DNA from: an uncultured delta proteobacterium
GTDB taxonomy: Bacteria > Desulfobacterota > Binatia > UBA9968
Assembly: GCA_963771465.1 (NCBI GenBank)
Contig: CAVYTU010000015.1
Location: forward strand, 32,001 to 96,000
Direction of reading: 5' to 3'
Length of the DNA: 64,000 nucleotides
Shown: positions 37,858-47,720 of the stretch, piece after piece
Layout of the letters: the number at the start of each line of letters is the position of its first letter
Position numbering within the stretch: the first letter of the stretch is position 1
Notes under the pieces: model-generated
Database searches by the model: none
Told to the model about the DNA's origin: nothing
Seen by the model: the letters and a program-made list of their open reading frames with translations, nothing else
Program-made: the position numbers and the translations under genes

Positions 37858-39500
37858 GATACATAATCTAAGCGCCGATCCCGCTCAATAAATTCACCAC
37901 CACGTTCATCCACGGAACCGTATCCGCCGCCGCCCGCGGTATAAAACGTCACGCTGCCGCCTTGCTTTAGCGCATAGTTCGGTTTCTTGGTGAGCCACAC
38001 GCCGGGATCGCCCGGCGATTGTTTGACCAACGCTTTCGCCTTCTCGCCGCATTCGCCGCCGAATAGTCCCCATGGCGCCGTGCGTTGGCGTTCGACGTTG
38101 ATGTTGGTGGAGGCGTCACAGAGCACACGCACCGTGACTTCGATGCCTAAGCCGCCGCGGAATTTTCCGCCGCCGCCGCTGCCTGCGCGCAGCTGCTGGC
38201 GTTCGATGACGACAGGATAGTAAATTTCTTGCAGCTCCACCGGCGCGTTTTGCACATCGCCTTGGCACATCGACACGGTGGCGTTCTCGCCGTCTTCATG
38301 GGCGCGCCCGCCCCAGCCGCCGCCCATGATCGTTTGACAGAGAAATCGTCTGCCGGTTTTCGGATTGACACCGAAGAAGGCGTAGCCGCCCATATCGCCT
38401 TTGTGGCCCGCCGCAACTCGGTCCGGCAGCGCCGGCGCCAGCGCTTTGAGAATCAAATCGATCACCGTCGGCAAGGTGCGGCTCCAGTTGCCCACTGGAG
38501 ACGGCGTCGTCGCGCTCAAAATTTTTCCCTCGGGGATAACAACTTTCAATGCGCGAAAACAGCCTTCGTCGATGGGCGAGTACGGACTGACCAGCGACTT
38601 GAATGCGACCCGCGCCGCGGCCACAGCGCCGGACTCGCCGGAATTGATCGAGCCCGGCACTTGATCGCTCATCTCTGAAAAATCGATCGTCATGTCGCTG
38701 CCGGCGACTTCGACTTTAACTTTCAACGGCACGGGCCGGTCGAGATCGACGCCATCGCTATCGAACAACGCTTCAGCTTCGTACTTGCCCGGCTTGATGC
38801 GTTGAACTTGTTGCCGCGCCAGCTCTTCGGACTGCCGCCAGATCGTCTTCACACACTGCAAAAAAGCTTTGAGGCCGTATCGCTGGACCAGCGCGCCGAG
38901 ACCGCGGTCACCGATCCGGCAGGCGGCTATCTGGGCGCGCAGATCGCCGAGGGAGGATTCGGCGAAACGGACATTGTCGGTAATGATCTGAAAAATTTCC
39001 TGATTGGGCTGCTCGCCGCGGTAAAGTTTCAACGAGCGAAATTGCAAACCTTCTTCGTAAACTTCCCGCGTGCCGCTGAAACCGAATCCCGTCGGTCGGC
39101 CGCCGATATCGATCCAATGCGCGCGCACGGCGAGAAACGCCACCAGCGCGCCGTCGTGAAAGAACGGCGTGTAAACCACGACGTTGTTTAGATGCTGGCC
39201 GCAGACGTAGGGATGATTCATCAGCAGCACGTCGCCCGGCTGAAAGCCGTCGCGCCCGTGCATGCGCACGCCGTCGACGATCGCTGGTCCGAGATCTGCG
39301 AGAAAGATCGGCAGTGCGCCAAAATTTTGCGAGAGAATATTGCCGTCGGGATCGACGATGCCGACGCAATAGTCGCGCACCTCGTAGATCATCATGTTGT
39401 AGGAAGTCTTGCGCAGCACCGTCGCCATCTCGTTGGCGATATGTGCCAACCCGTTGCGTACGACTTCGACGGTGATCGGATTGACGGACGGTTGAGTCAT
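37845..39500 (-). CDS. Hydantoinase B/5-oxoprolinase family subunit
   Basis: GDVL.MN.PY..GQHLN, AHW.DIGG, EEGL, DL.AQIAA, GGGWG, SGG.G.FRGG.G, GGGGYG. Confidence 0.92.
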   Translation of the reverse strand: MTQPSVNPITVEVVRNGLAHIANEMATVLRKTSYNMMIYEVRDYCVGIVDPDGNILSQNFGALPIFLADLGPAIVDGVRMHGRDGFQPGDVLLMNHPYVCGQHLNNVVVYTPFFHDGALVAFLAVRAHWIDIGGRPTGFGFSGTREVYEEGLQFRSLKLYRGEQPNQEIFQIITDNVRFAESSLGDLRAQIAACRIGDRGLGALVQRYGLKAFLQCVKTIWRQSEELARQQVQRIKPGKYEAEALFDSDGVDLDRPVPLKVKVEVAGSDMTIDFSEMSDQVPGSINSGESGAVAAARVAFKSLVSPYSPIDEGCFRALKVVIPEGKILSATTPSPVGNWSRTLPTVIDLILKALAPALPDRVAAGHKGDMGGYAFFGVNPKTGRRFLCQTIMGGGWGGRAHEDGENATVSMCQGDVQNAPVELQEIYYPVVIERQQLRAGSGGGGKFRGGLGIEVTVRVLCDASTNINVERQRTAPWGLFGGECGEKAKALVKQSPGDPGVWLTKKPNYALKQGGSVTFYTAGGGGYGSVDERGGEFIERDRRLDYVSNPP

Positions 39501-39535
39501 TAGCTATCATCCAAGTTAACCAGATGTCGTCAGCG

Positions 39536-40432
39536 TTATCCCCAGGGTCTCGTCAAAGTCGCGTTGGGCAAGAGCAAAAATCCCTCTAAATCTCCCCTTT
39601 GAAAAAGGTCAGGGGAGATTTTCATAAAGAAATAACGCCATTTTTTTCTCGTCTGCCACACCGCCGACGCCGAGTGGATCGGCACCGTCGCTTCGCGCAG
39701 CGAGTAGAGATATTTGATCACGTCCTCGTTGGACATGTATTTGCTCATATCGTAGCGCTCGCGATGAACGATGTCGGCCAGCGGCCGGCGCACGCCGTCG
39801 CCGCGCGCGGAAACGTCGGGGTAACCGATGGGTATAATCAAGTAAAGTTTGAGCAGATCCGGCACGCCGAGAATCCGCTTGTGCGGCTCCTCGATATGGA
39901 TCGATACCCATTCGGAAGTGAGTCCCAGCGAGGCGATGGCGAGATGAAGCAAGAGGCAGGCGTTGGCCAGGCCGTCGGTCAAGTGCGATTGATCGCGGCC
40001 GAACGTATGCGCGCCCATCACCGTGCCCCATTGGCGCCGGCCGTCGCCGAGCACGACGATCACCGCCGGCGCTTGATGCCAGTTGGCCTTGGCTTTGTTG
40101 AAGCGCAGCGACTCGTGCGCATCGTTTTTCACCTGATAGGAGGGATGGCGCAGATTATACTCGCGTTGCTGCTCCATCCAAAAGATCAAGTCGGTGTTGT
40201 ATTCGGAGTAGGCGTCGCGCAGCTCTTTTTTGATCTTCGGATCGGTGACGACAATAAACTCCCACGGCTGCGAGTTCGCCCCCGACATCGCCCAACGAGC
40301 GACTTCGAGAATCTTGTCGATCGTATCGTCGGGAATCGGGTCGGGCTTGAACTTGCGCACGCTATGGCGCGTCCGCACCAGCTTGAGCAGCATGTCATAG
40401 GTTTCGTTGTGAATAATTTTATTGCTCGACAT
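39536..40432 (-). CDS. Nitroreductase family protein
   Basis: R.SVRKF...PIP, A.SGANSQPWEF, LGL.S.W, IPIGYP; C-terminus runs through a REP. Confidence 0.9.
   Translation of the reverse strand: MSSNKIIHNETYDMLLKLVRTRHSVRKFKPDPIPDDTIDKILEVARWAMSGANSQPWEFIVVTDPKIKKELRDAYSEYNTDLIFWMEQQREYNLRHPSYQVKNDAHESLRFNKAKANWHQAPAVIVVLGDGRRQWGTVMGAHTFGRDQSHLTDGLANACLLLHLAIASLGLTSEWVSIHIEEPHKRILGVPDLLKLYLIIPIGYPDVSARGDGVRRPLADIVHRERYDMSKYMSNEDVIKYLYSLREATVPIHSASAVWQTRKKWRYFFMKISPDLFQRGDLEGFLLLPNATLTRPWG
39577..39622. repeat. REP-like palindrome (CCCCTTT..AAAGG family)
   Basis: AAATCCCTCTAAATCTCCCCTTTGAAAAAGGTCAGGGGAGATTTT. Confidence 0.65.
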
Positions 40433-40444
40433 TGAGTTTCTCCA

Positions 40445-41599
40445 TCAAACCGTCACAGAATTGCGCGCGCCATCACTTATCCATAGCGACAAAAATAAGT
40501 CAAAGCGTCTTCCGGCGGCAGCGTCCCGTCGTGCCGCGGGCGGTGCCGGCGATGCGCTTCGTGCTTTGATCGTCGCCCGGCCGATCAGTTGCCCACCTTC
40601 CGTTACCGCGTCGACCCGCACCTCAGCACCCGGCTCGATGACGTCGAATAAATAGTTCGTCCAAAGGCGAAAACCTTTTTCACGGCCGCCGGTGACTTCA
40701 ATGAACGGCGAGGCCCAAACCAGCTTATCGTTCTTATGCCAGCGGTGCTGGACCGTTTCTTTTAGCCCCAATGGCGCCTTGATCGGCGTCAATACATGGA
40801 GTTGGCGCGCCTGGCCGGGTTCCACGACAGTCAGTACCGGCGCGACCGCCTTCGACTCCGCCAGATATTCGCTCCCGAACTCGGCGGTCCGTAGATGCAG
40901 CGGCGCCGGAGGAATAAACAAACGCCCCACTTCGACCAGCGCCCCAAACAGCAGCGTGGAGCACAGGGCAAAAGCGTATTGCCGGCGTTTTGCCTGCGAG
41001 AAGGGCTGATAGATCGTGGAAAAACCGAGCGCCGCCAACACGGCGCTGATACGGGTAGCCCAGTTGTTGCCGATGCTCCACAACACCGGCAGCATGACGT
41101 TGAACAAGGCGAATAAATTGAAGGCAAAAAACGGCGCGGTCAGACTGCGCCGCACCGACAAATGGCGATCATACACCACGTCGAGCGTCGACAGCAGCGC
41201 CGAGATCGCCAGGAGCACGACGAAAATAAAATTCCACGACCAGCCGGTCGCGCTGCCATAGTAGATCGGCAGCACGAAGAATAGCACCTGCTGATAGAGA
41301 TTCTTATTGAATAAATTAACGAGCAGCCGCAGGCGCTCCGCCCAGCGCTCGGATAGCCATGGTTGATTCAACAGCTGCGGCAAATAAAGGCTGGAAATCC
41401 AGATGAAGCCGACGTGCAAAACCGCCACGCGCAAGTACGTATAATTGCGCGCGCCGAGCCACATGATACCGACACCCAGCAGCAGAGCATAAGTGCTGTG
41501 CAGCCACCAGAATTTATCTTTGTGGCGTTGAAACCAACTCAGCGACGAAGCTTGCGATGGATCAGCGGGATTTTCCCTGACGCTAGTAGACTGTGCCAT
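40445..41599 (-). CDS. Membrane protein with C-terminal DUF2914-like domain (DUF5924-like N-terminus)
   Basis: Multi-TM with LFFVLP.Y, then AP.GL...V.H.W and GGR.KGFR.WT. Confidence 0.75.
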   Translation of the reverse strand: MAQSTSVRENPADPSQASSLSWFQRHKDKFWWLHSTYALLLGVGIMWLGARNYTYLRVAVLHVGFIWISSLYLPQLLNQPWLSERWAERLRLLVNLFNKNLYQQVLFFVLPIYYGSATGWSWNFIFVVLLAISALLSTLDVVYDRHLSVRRSLTAPFFAFNLFALFNVMLPVLWSIGNNWATRISAVLAALGFSTIYQPFSQAKRRQYAFALCSTLLFGALVEVGRLFIPPAPLHLRTAEFGSEYLAESKAVAPVLTVVEPGQARQLHVLTPIKAPLGLKETVQHRWHKNDKLVWASPFIEVTGGREKGFRLWTNYLFDVIEPGAEVRVDAVTEGGQLIGRATIKARSASPAPPAARRDAAAGRRFDLFLSLWISDGARNSVTV

Positions 41600-41689
41600 G
41601 TTGAACGCAGTAATGAGTAACGAATTATAAGTAAGTCGTGGCGAATTCCCCTTACCATTTACCTCTAACTCCTTACGTTATTTTGAAAC

Positions 41690-42667
41690 CTACGGATACA
41701 ACTCTTTCAACAGACCGCTCTTCTCCAGCGTATCGAGAAAGCGTAGATCGACAAACTGCTCGGGCTTCGCCGTCTTGGCCGCTGGCACGGTCTTGGCCAA
41801 GTCTTCGAGCACGTTGACGACACCGGCCATATTGACCGCGGGGGTTTTTTCCAAAACCTTGGTCATGTAAAAATCATAGGCTTTCTGCAGCACCGATTGA
41901 TCGGTGATCTTGGTGTATTTGGCCAGTGATTTATAGGTAAACTCGCGGTCCGTGCGCGCGCGATGAATGCCGCGTGTATAGGCGCGCATGAAACGGTTGA
42001 TCACATCGGGCTTACTGCGAATGATCGAGCCCACGGCGACCAACGCCGGATTGGGAAAAGCATAATCCATATCCGTGATGCTGATCAGCTCTTTGAAGCC
42101 GGCCTTCTCGATGGCGAACTGCGTCGGCGGCGACACCACGCCGCCTTCGATGGAACCGCCTTGCAATCCGGCGGCGACCGTCGCCATGAAGCCGAGCTGG
42201 ATCAGCGTCAGATCTTTGTCCGGGTTGATGTTGAATTTTCTCAGCGCGTAGCGCACCGAAATATCCGGCGCCGAGCCGAAGCGCGTGATGCCGATCTTTT
42301 TCCCCTTCATCGCTTCGACAGTTTTGATCTCCGGCCGGACATAGAGCGAAAAAACCATCTTGTTGCCCGAGTTGCCGATGATTTTCAGATCGGCGCCGGA
42401 CAACGCCGCGGCAATCGCCGAGCTGCCGTTAAGCGAACCGATGTCGATTTCACCCGCCACCGTCACCTGCGCCAGCTGCGTGCCGCTGGGAATGAGAATG
42501 ATGTCGTCTTGCAAACCTTCTTTGGCGAAGTAACCGGCGTCATGCGCAACCCAGATTGGCGTGTAGGCGCCGCTGATGGAGCTGTAGCCGATGCGTACAC
42601 GATCCGCAGCGGCCGCCGATTGCTGCATCGAAAGCAGAACCAAGATTGTCAAAATGAATCGCTTCAT
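41690..42667 (-). CDS. NMT1/THI5-like ABC substrate-binding protein
   Basis: Signal peptide; W.A...GYF..EGL, KGKKIGITRFGS, FVD.RFL. Confidence 0.9.
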   Translation of the reverse strand: MKRFILTILVLLSMQQSAAAADRVRIGYSSISGAYTPIWVAHDAGYFAKEGLQDDIILIPSGTQLAQVTVAGEIDIGSLNGSSAIAAALSGADLKIIGNSGNKMVFSLYVRPEIKTVEAMKGKKIGITRFGSAPDISVRYALRKFNINPDKDLTLIQLGFMATVAAGLQGGSIEGGVVSPPTQFAIEKAGFKELISITDMDYAFPNPALVAVGSIIRSKPDVINRFMRAYTRGIHRARTDREFTYKSLAKYTKITDQSVLQKAYDFYMTKVLEKTPAVNMAGVVNVLEDLAKTVPAAKTAKPEQFVDLRFLDTLEKSGLLKELYP

Positions 42668-42809
42668 TGGTTTCCCTTCCCGTTCGGTCAGATATCAGGT
42701 CGTGGCCACTATTCCAGGAATCGATTGTAGGGGCAACCGTCGGTCGCTCTGCGCATTGACGCAATTCGTCGCTTCGTAATATGGTGAACGCGATTCAAAG
42801 GAGATCCCC

Positions 42810-43817
42810 ATGAGCAATCGCATGATCGTCATCGGCATCGGCCCCATCGGCGGCATCATCGGCGGCCGGCTCGCCCGCGCCGGCCAGGACATCACTTTCG
42901 TCGATATCGACAAGGCACACGTTGCGGCGATCCGTGAAAATGGACTGCAAATCGACGTCCCCGACGGACCATTCAACGTTAAAATCAAAACCGCTTTCCC
43001 CAACGAAATCGAAGGCAAGTACGACATCGGCTGCATCGCCGTGCGCTCCAACTACACGCCGGAGGCGTTGAATACGGTCCTGCCGCATCTCGCCGACGAC
43101 GGCCTGCTCGTGTCGATGCAGAACGGCATCAATCCACCGCTGCTGCAAGAAAAAGTCGGCGCCGACCGCACCGTCGGCTTGGCGATCCGCATGGGCAGCA
43201 AAAAAATCGCGCCCGGCCACCTCCAAACCGCCACGCGCGGCCACCTTTACGTCGGCCACCTGCACGGCAAGACGACACCGCGATTGCAAAGTCTCCACCA
43301 GATTCTAAATCCGGTGATGGAAACGGAAATTTCCGACAACATTCTCGGCGTCCTCTGGAGCAAACTCACCTACACATGCTTGGGTTACTTCGGTTCATTG
43401 GCCGACGCGTCGCTAGCCACCAGTTGCGCCGATGAAAAATCGCGCCGCGTGCTCGCCGACTTCTTCGCCGAAGTCGTCGCGGTGGGCGAAGCGAAAGGCG
43501 TGCGCTGGATCAAGCTGGCGGAATACAGCCCGGAGGATTTTCACCCGCGCAATTCGCCCGACAAACGGCTTGTGGCAGTGAATGGATTTGCCAAAACCTG
43601 GAAGCCTGACGACCGTAGAGGCCCGTTCGTCTACGTGCAGAAAAAAATTCGCACGGAAGTCGATTTCACTCTCGGCTACGTTGTCAAAGAAGGTGAAAAG
43701 CTCGGCATGCGAATGCCACTCTGCAACAAAGTCTTGGAGATATTCCGCGAATTGGAAGCCGGCAATAGACAATTCGGCCAGCAGAATTATGATGAGCTAG
43801 TCACAACAGCGAGATGA
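42810..43817 (+). CDS. Ketopantoate reductase (PanE/ApbA) family oxidoreductase
   Basis: GIGPIGG, QNG, LWSKL, RTEVD..LG.VV..G. Confidence 0.85.
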   Translation: MSNRMIVIGIGPIGGIIGGRLARAGQDITFVDIDKAHVAAIRENGLQIDVPDGPFNVKIKTAFPNEIEGKYDIGCIAVRSNYTPEALNTVLPHLADDGLLVSMQNGINPPLLQEKVGADRTVGLAIRMGSKKIAPGHLQTATRGHLYVGHLHGKTTPRLQSLHQILNPVMETEISDNILGVLWSKLTYTCLGYFGSLADASLATSCADEKSRRVLADFFAEVVAVGEAKGVRWIKLAEYSPEDFHPRNSPDKRLVAVNGFAKTWKPDDRRGPFVYVQKKIRTEVDFTLGYVVKEGEKLGMRMPLCNKVLEIFRELEAGNRQFGQQNYDELVTTAR

Positions 43818-44020
43818 GTCAGTCGGGTAACGCGACACCGAGTCATTTCAAAGCATCGACGGCGAAACCTTAGTGACAACTTTCTGGTTTCGCATAATAC
43901 TACGGAACTTCTGAAAATTACGATTGTCGATAACCACACAAACTCTGATAAAGCGCACAGAATCCAGGTTTCCACAGACAGTCGAAGTCTTTTCCAGAGC
44001 ATTTCTAGCTTCCATAAGCG

Positions 44021-44050
44021 TTGACACCGAAACGGATTTTCCACTACTGT
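44021..44050 (+). promoter_or_regulatory. Possible sigma70 promoter for the hydrolase operon
   Basis: TTGACA-N18-TACTGT about 60 nt upstream of ATG 44108. Confidence 0.35.
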
Positions 44051-44107
44051 CGGTGACGACGGGACCCCGAAACAGACTCGAATACCAATCAAGAGGGACA
44101 GCAAACC

Positions 44108-44974
44108 ATGAGCCATCAATTTTACAAAGGTTTCCGCCCCGACGAGATGGAGTTTCAATTCAATCCGCGCGAGTCGGTTCCGGAATACCCCGAGCTCGCA
44201 AAAGTCCGTGCCGCGCAAGCGAAGAAAGTTCGCGAGAGTGCTAAGTCGTGGCTGAACGTTGCGTACGGTAATTCGCCGCGTGAGATGCTCGACATTTACG
44301 CCGCGGACAAACCCGGCGGGCCGGTGCTCGTCTACATTCACGGCGGCTATTGGCGCAGCGGTAGCAAGGAAGACAACTGTAACTTCGTACCGACCTTCAC
44401 TAAGCGCGGCGCCACGGTGGTGTTGATCGAGTATGATCTTTGCCCACAAGTCACGGTCACAGAAATCGTCCGGCAGACCCGTGCGGCAATCGCCTGGGTC
44501 TACAAAAACATCACGCGCTACAGTGGCGACCCGGCGCGTATCTACGTGTCCGGCCACTCCGCCGGCGGCCACCTTACGTCAATGGCGTTAGCGAATGATT
44601 GGACGAAAGAAGGAATGCCCCAGGACTGCATCAAAGGCGCGGTGGCAACCTCCGGCGTCTTCGACCTCGGCATGGTGATGAAGATCAGCGTCCAGGAACA
44701 AGTGCGCATGACGCCCGAGGTTGCGAAACTCAACAGCCCATTTGAAAATCCGCCGCGCGTGAAATGCTCGCTGGTCGTCGCCGTCGGCGGCGCCGAGCCT
44801 AAAGGCTGGCAGCAGATGTCGGAAGATTATTACAACTACGCCAAACAACACGGCATGAACGCCGAATATCTCATCGTGCCCAGCGCCAATCACTACACCA
44901 TGTCGGAGAAATTACTTGACGATAGCAATCCGTTGACGCTGGCGATGATCAGGCAAATGAACTTGCCCCGATAA
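44108..44974 (+). CDS. Alpha/beta hydrolase, arylformamidase (kynurenine formamidase-like)
   Basis: YG....E.LDIY, IHGGYW, Y.LCP, GHSAGGH, SGVFDL, NH. Confidence 0.85.
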   Translation: MSHQFYKGFRPDEMEFQFNPRESVPEYPELAKVRAAQAKKVRESAKSWLNVAYGNSPREMLDIYAADKPGGPVLVYIHGGYWRSGSKEDNCNFVPTFTKRGATVVLIEYDLCPQVTVTEIVRQTRAAIAWVYKNITRYSGDPARIYVSGHSAGGHLTSMALANDWTKEGMPQDCIKGAVATSGVFDLGMVMKISVQEQVRMTPEVAKLNSPFENPPRVKCSLVVAVGGAEPKGWQQMSEDYYNYAKQHGMNAEYLIVPSANHYTMSEKLLDDSNPLTLAMIRQMNLPR

Positions 44975-44993
44975 ATTCGAGACGGAAATCAAT

Positions 44994-45827
44994 ATGCCGA
45001 ATGTAAATCTATCCACGGGCACGAATCTCTATTACGAAACATACGGTCAGGGCGAGCCGCTAGTGCTGGTGCCGTCGACGGCGTTCTCTTGTGAAGTGTG
45101 GAAGCCGTCGCAGCTGCCGCTGGCGAATTCCATACAGCTCATCATTCACGATCCGCGCGGCTGCGGCCGCACCACCGAGACGCAGAAAGTTTACACCATC
45201 AATCAGATGGCCAACGACATCGTCGCCCTTCTCGATCATTTGAAAATTTCCTCGGCACACCTCTGCGGCCACTCGATGGGCGGGCGCATCGCTTTGGAAA
45301 TGGCGCTCAACTTTCCCGGCCGGGTGAAAAGCTTGATCATGGCTGCCAGCGGTTCGGGACAAGCGGCGCGGCCGGGCCCGGATTGTATCCCCGGCTTGCC
45401 GCATTGGCTCGTGATCCGTCTAGTTGAAAAAGGTTTCGAAAAAGCCCTGCGTGAAGAATTTTGCGATACCAGCGCGTTTTTCACCGACGACTACCGTAAG
45501 AAACATCCGGACAAAGTCGAAGCATTCTTCCAACTCGCCTGGGCGACTCACGCCAAGTTACCCGAGTACATTCATCTGATTATCGCGCGCCACAATTGGG
45601 AAGCGACGCACCGCCTCGGCGACGTGAGATGTCCGACATTGATCTTCATCGGCGACAATGACTCGGCGCGCAGCAACCATCTCGCCCAAGCTGAAGCGTT
45701 GAAGCATCGAATCCCCGGCGCCGAGATGCAAGTTCTCAAAGGCCAATCCCACGGCTTTTTCTGGCAGGCGGCCGACGAAACCAACGCAGCGATTCTAAAC
45801 TGGGTAAAAAAGCACGGCGCAAAGTAG
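44994..45827 (+). CDS. Alpha/beta fold hydrolase
   Basis: DPRG.G, GHSMGG, GDND, SHGFF. Confidence 0.9.
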   Translation: MPNVNLSTGTNLYYETYGQGEPLVLVPSTAFSCEVWKPSQLPLANSIQLIIHDPRGCGRTTETQKVYTINQMANDIVALLDHLKISSAHLCGHSMGGRIALEMALNFPGRVKSLIMAASGSGQAARPGPDCIPGLPHWLVIRLVEKGFEKALREEFCDTSAFFTDDYRKKHPDKVEAFFQLAWATHAKLPEYIHLIIARHNWEATHRLGDVRCPTLIFIGDNDSARSNHLAQAEALKHRIPGAEMQVLKGQSHGFFWQAADETNAAILNWVKKHGAK

Positions 45828-45831
45828 CGTC

Positions 45832-46668
45832 ATGCCGCTGGCCAGTCTGCCGACGGGCGCAAATCTCTACTTCGAAACTCACGGCCAGGGCGAGCCGCTG
45901 CTGTTTTTTCCCTCGACGGCATTCTCCGGCGAAGTTTGGAAGCCGCACCAAGTGCCCGGCTTGGCGAAATCTCTTCAGCTAATTCTGCACGACCCGCGTG
46001 GCTGTCCACGCACGATGGTTTCACAGCAAGTCTACACCATCGAGCAGATGGCCAACGATGCGGTCGCGCTGCTCGATCATTTGCAAATACCCGCGGCGCA
46101 CTTACTCGGCCACTCCATGGGCGGCCGCATCGCGCTGACCATGGCGCTCAATTTTCCCGGGCGGGTGAAAAGTTTGATCATGGCTGCCAGCGGTTCGGGT
46201 CTGGTCACGCGGCCAGGACCGGATTGTATTCCCGGCTTGCCCCATTGGCTGATGCTTGGCTTGGTTGAGAAAGGCTTCGAGAAATTTTTGCGCGACGAGT
46301 ACTGCGAGTCGGATGTATTTTTCACCAAAGATTTTCGTGATCGCCAGCCAGAGAGCATTGAGGAATTTTTTAAGCTGGCACGAGCGACCCACGCCAACTT
46401 GTCGGAATATGTTCACTTGAGCATCGCGCGCCACAACTGGGAAGCAACCCACCGGCTCGGCGACGTGCAGTGCGCGACACTCGTGCTGATCGGCGATAAT
46501 GACCAGGCGCGCAGCAACCATCTGCTGCAAGCTGAGGCATTGAAGAATCGAATTCCCGGTGCTGAACTCAAAGTTCTCGCCGGCCAATCCCATGGGTTCT
46601 TCTGGCAAGCGCCGGAGGAAAGCAACCAGATAATTCTAGATTGGGTGAAGCGCCACTCCGCAACCTGA
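45832..46668 (+). CDS. Alpha/beta fold hydrolase, tandem duplicate of 44994-45827
   Basis: Long identical blocks, e.g. ALNFPGRVKSLIMAASGSG, PGPDCIPGLPHWL, ARHNWEATHRLGDV. Confidence 0.9.
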   Translation: MPLASLPTGANLYFETHGQGEPLLFFPSTAFSGEVWKPHQVPGLAKSLQLILHDPRGCPRTMVSQQVYTIEQMANDAVALLDHLQIPAAHLLGHSMGGRIALTMALNFPGRVKSLIMAASGSGLVTRPGPDCIPGLPHWLMLGLVEKGFEKFLRDEYCESDVFFTKDFRDRQPESIEEFFKLARATHANLSEYVHLSIARHNWEATHRLGDVQCATLVLIGDNDQARSNHLLQAEALKNRIPGAELKVLAGQSHGFFWQAPEESNQIILDWVKRHSAT

Positions 46669-46692
46669 GTGGCTCTAGTCAACTTCGTCTTT

Positions 46693-46778
46693 CGTCATAC
46701 CGGCGAAATCCGGTATCTAATCTTTTTTGTGATTGGCTAAAGCAGCGAACCTGGATTCCCGCGTGCGCGGGAATGACG
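46693..46778. repeat. REPIN (GTCATTCCCGCG..GCGGGAATCCAG family)
   Basis: CGTCATACCGGCGAAATCCGGTATCTA ... CTGGATTCCCGCGTGCGCGGGAATGACG between convergent genes. Confidence 0.8.
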
Positions 46779-46841
46779 GACGAGCAAAATCCGAGTATTC
46801 GTCAGCGCGGTGGCAATCGTCCACTGCGAATCGATCATGCT

Positions 46842-47720
46842 TCAAACGACCGCGATATCGTAGCCGTCATTGCCCTTTTGTTCCGGCGGGAAAAGACCCC
46901 AGGATTCGATCCAATCGCGCGTGCGTTCGAAAGCCTGGCGTGGATAGGGCTCGAAAACGATGCGCTCGCCGGGACCGAAACGGCGAGTGTCGACCAGCGC
47001 GTGATATCGCTCCGGCAGCTCCCGCAAAAAATAGTGTTTGTACGCCTCGGGCTCCAAGTCGATATCATGCTGGGCACGCTGCAGTGCCTTAAAGTAGCGT
47101 CCCACATCCTGCAAGTCCGCGTGTTCCGAAACCAGATGACCGATCATGAAAGTGCTGTCGACGATTTTCTTGAAACCCAATTGCTCCGCGACATAGAACG
47201 GCGCGCCGAACAAACTTGCCGCCGGCACTTGGCAGTCGACCAGCAACGCCAAACGGTCGAGCAGCAATCCGCCAAAGTGCAATTTGATTTCATCCCGCTT
47301 GAGGAACGGCTCGAGGTTCTGCAACGTCGAGTAATGGCTCCCCGAATGATAGCCGACCGTCACGGGAATGCCGGCTAAATCTTCCGGCGTTTGAATAGTC
47401 GACTCCGGCGCCACAAATATGCCGGAGGGCGAAACCGAGTAGGCGCTGCCCCACATCTTACCGTGACCCGCGGAGGCCGCCATGTTCACCGTCCAATGGC
47501 AGGCCGAGCTTAGGTTGCAGTCGCGCCCAGCTTCGATGGACTCGAAAGCGCCCCGTTGGATCTCCGCCGGCGCCGACTCGACGCGCGGCGCGCCCGCCGA
47601 CCAGGAGACGATGGGTGTGACTAAGAACTCGTACTCCAATCCCTCCGCCTTGAAATAACCTTTTTGCTCGGCCACCCACTCTTGTAAGCGTCCGTGGGAC
47701 TGAATGCGAAATTTTGCCAT
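46842..47720 (-). CDS. NMT1/DszB-like SBP-fold protein without signal peptide
   Basis: WVA..KGYF..EGL near the N-terminus, SACHW, PEDLAG..V.VGY.SGSH. Confidence 0.8.
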   Translation of the reverse strand: MAKFRIQSHGRLQEWVAEQKGYFKAEGLEYEFLVTPIVSWSAGAPRVESAPAEIQRGAFESIEAGRDCNLSSACHWTVNMAASAGHGKMWGSAYSVSPSGIFVAPESTIQTPEDLAGIPVTVGYHSGSHYSTLQNLEPFLKRDEIKLHFGGLLLDRLALLVDCQVPAASLFGAPFYVAEQLGFKKIVDSTFMIGHLVSEHADLQDVGRYFKALQRAQHDIDLEPEAYKHYFLRELPERYHALVDTRRFGPGERIVFEPYPRQAFERTRDWIESWGLFPPEQKGNDGYDIAVV

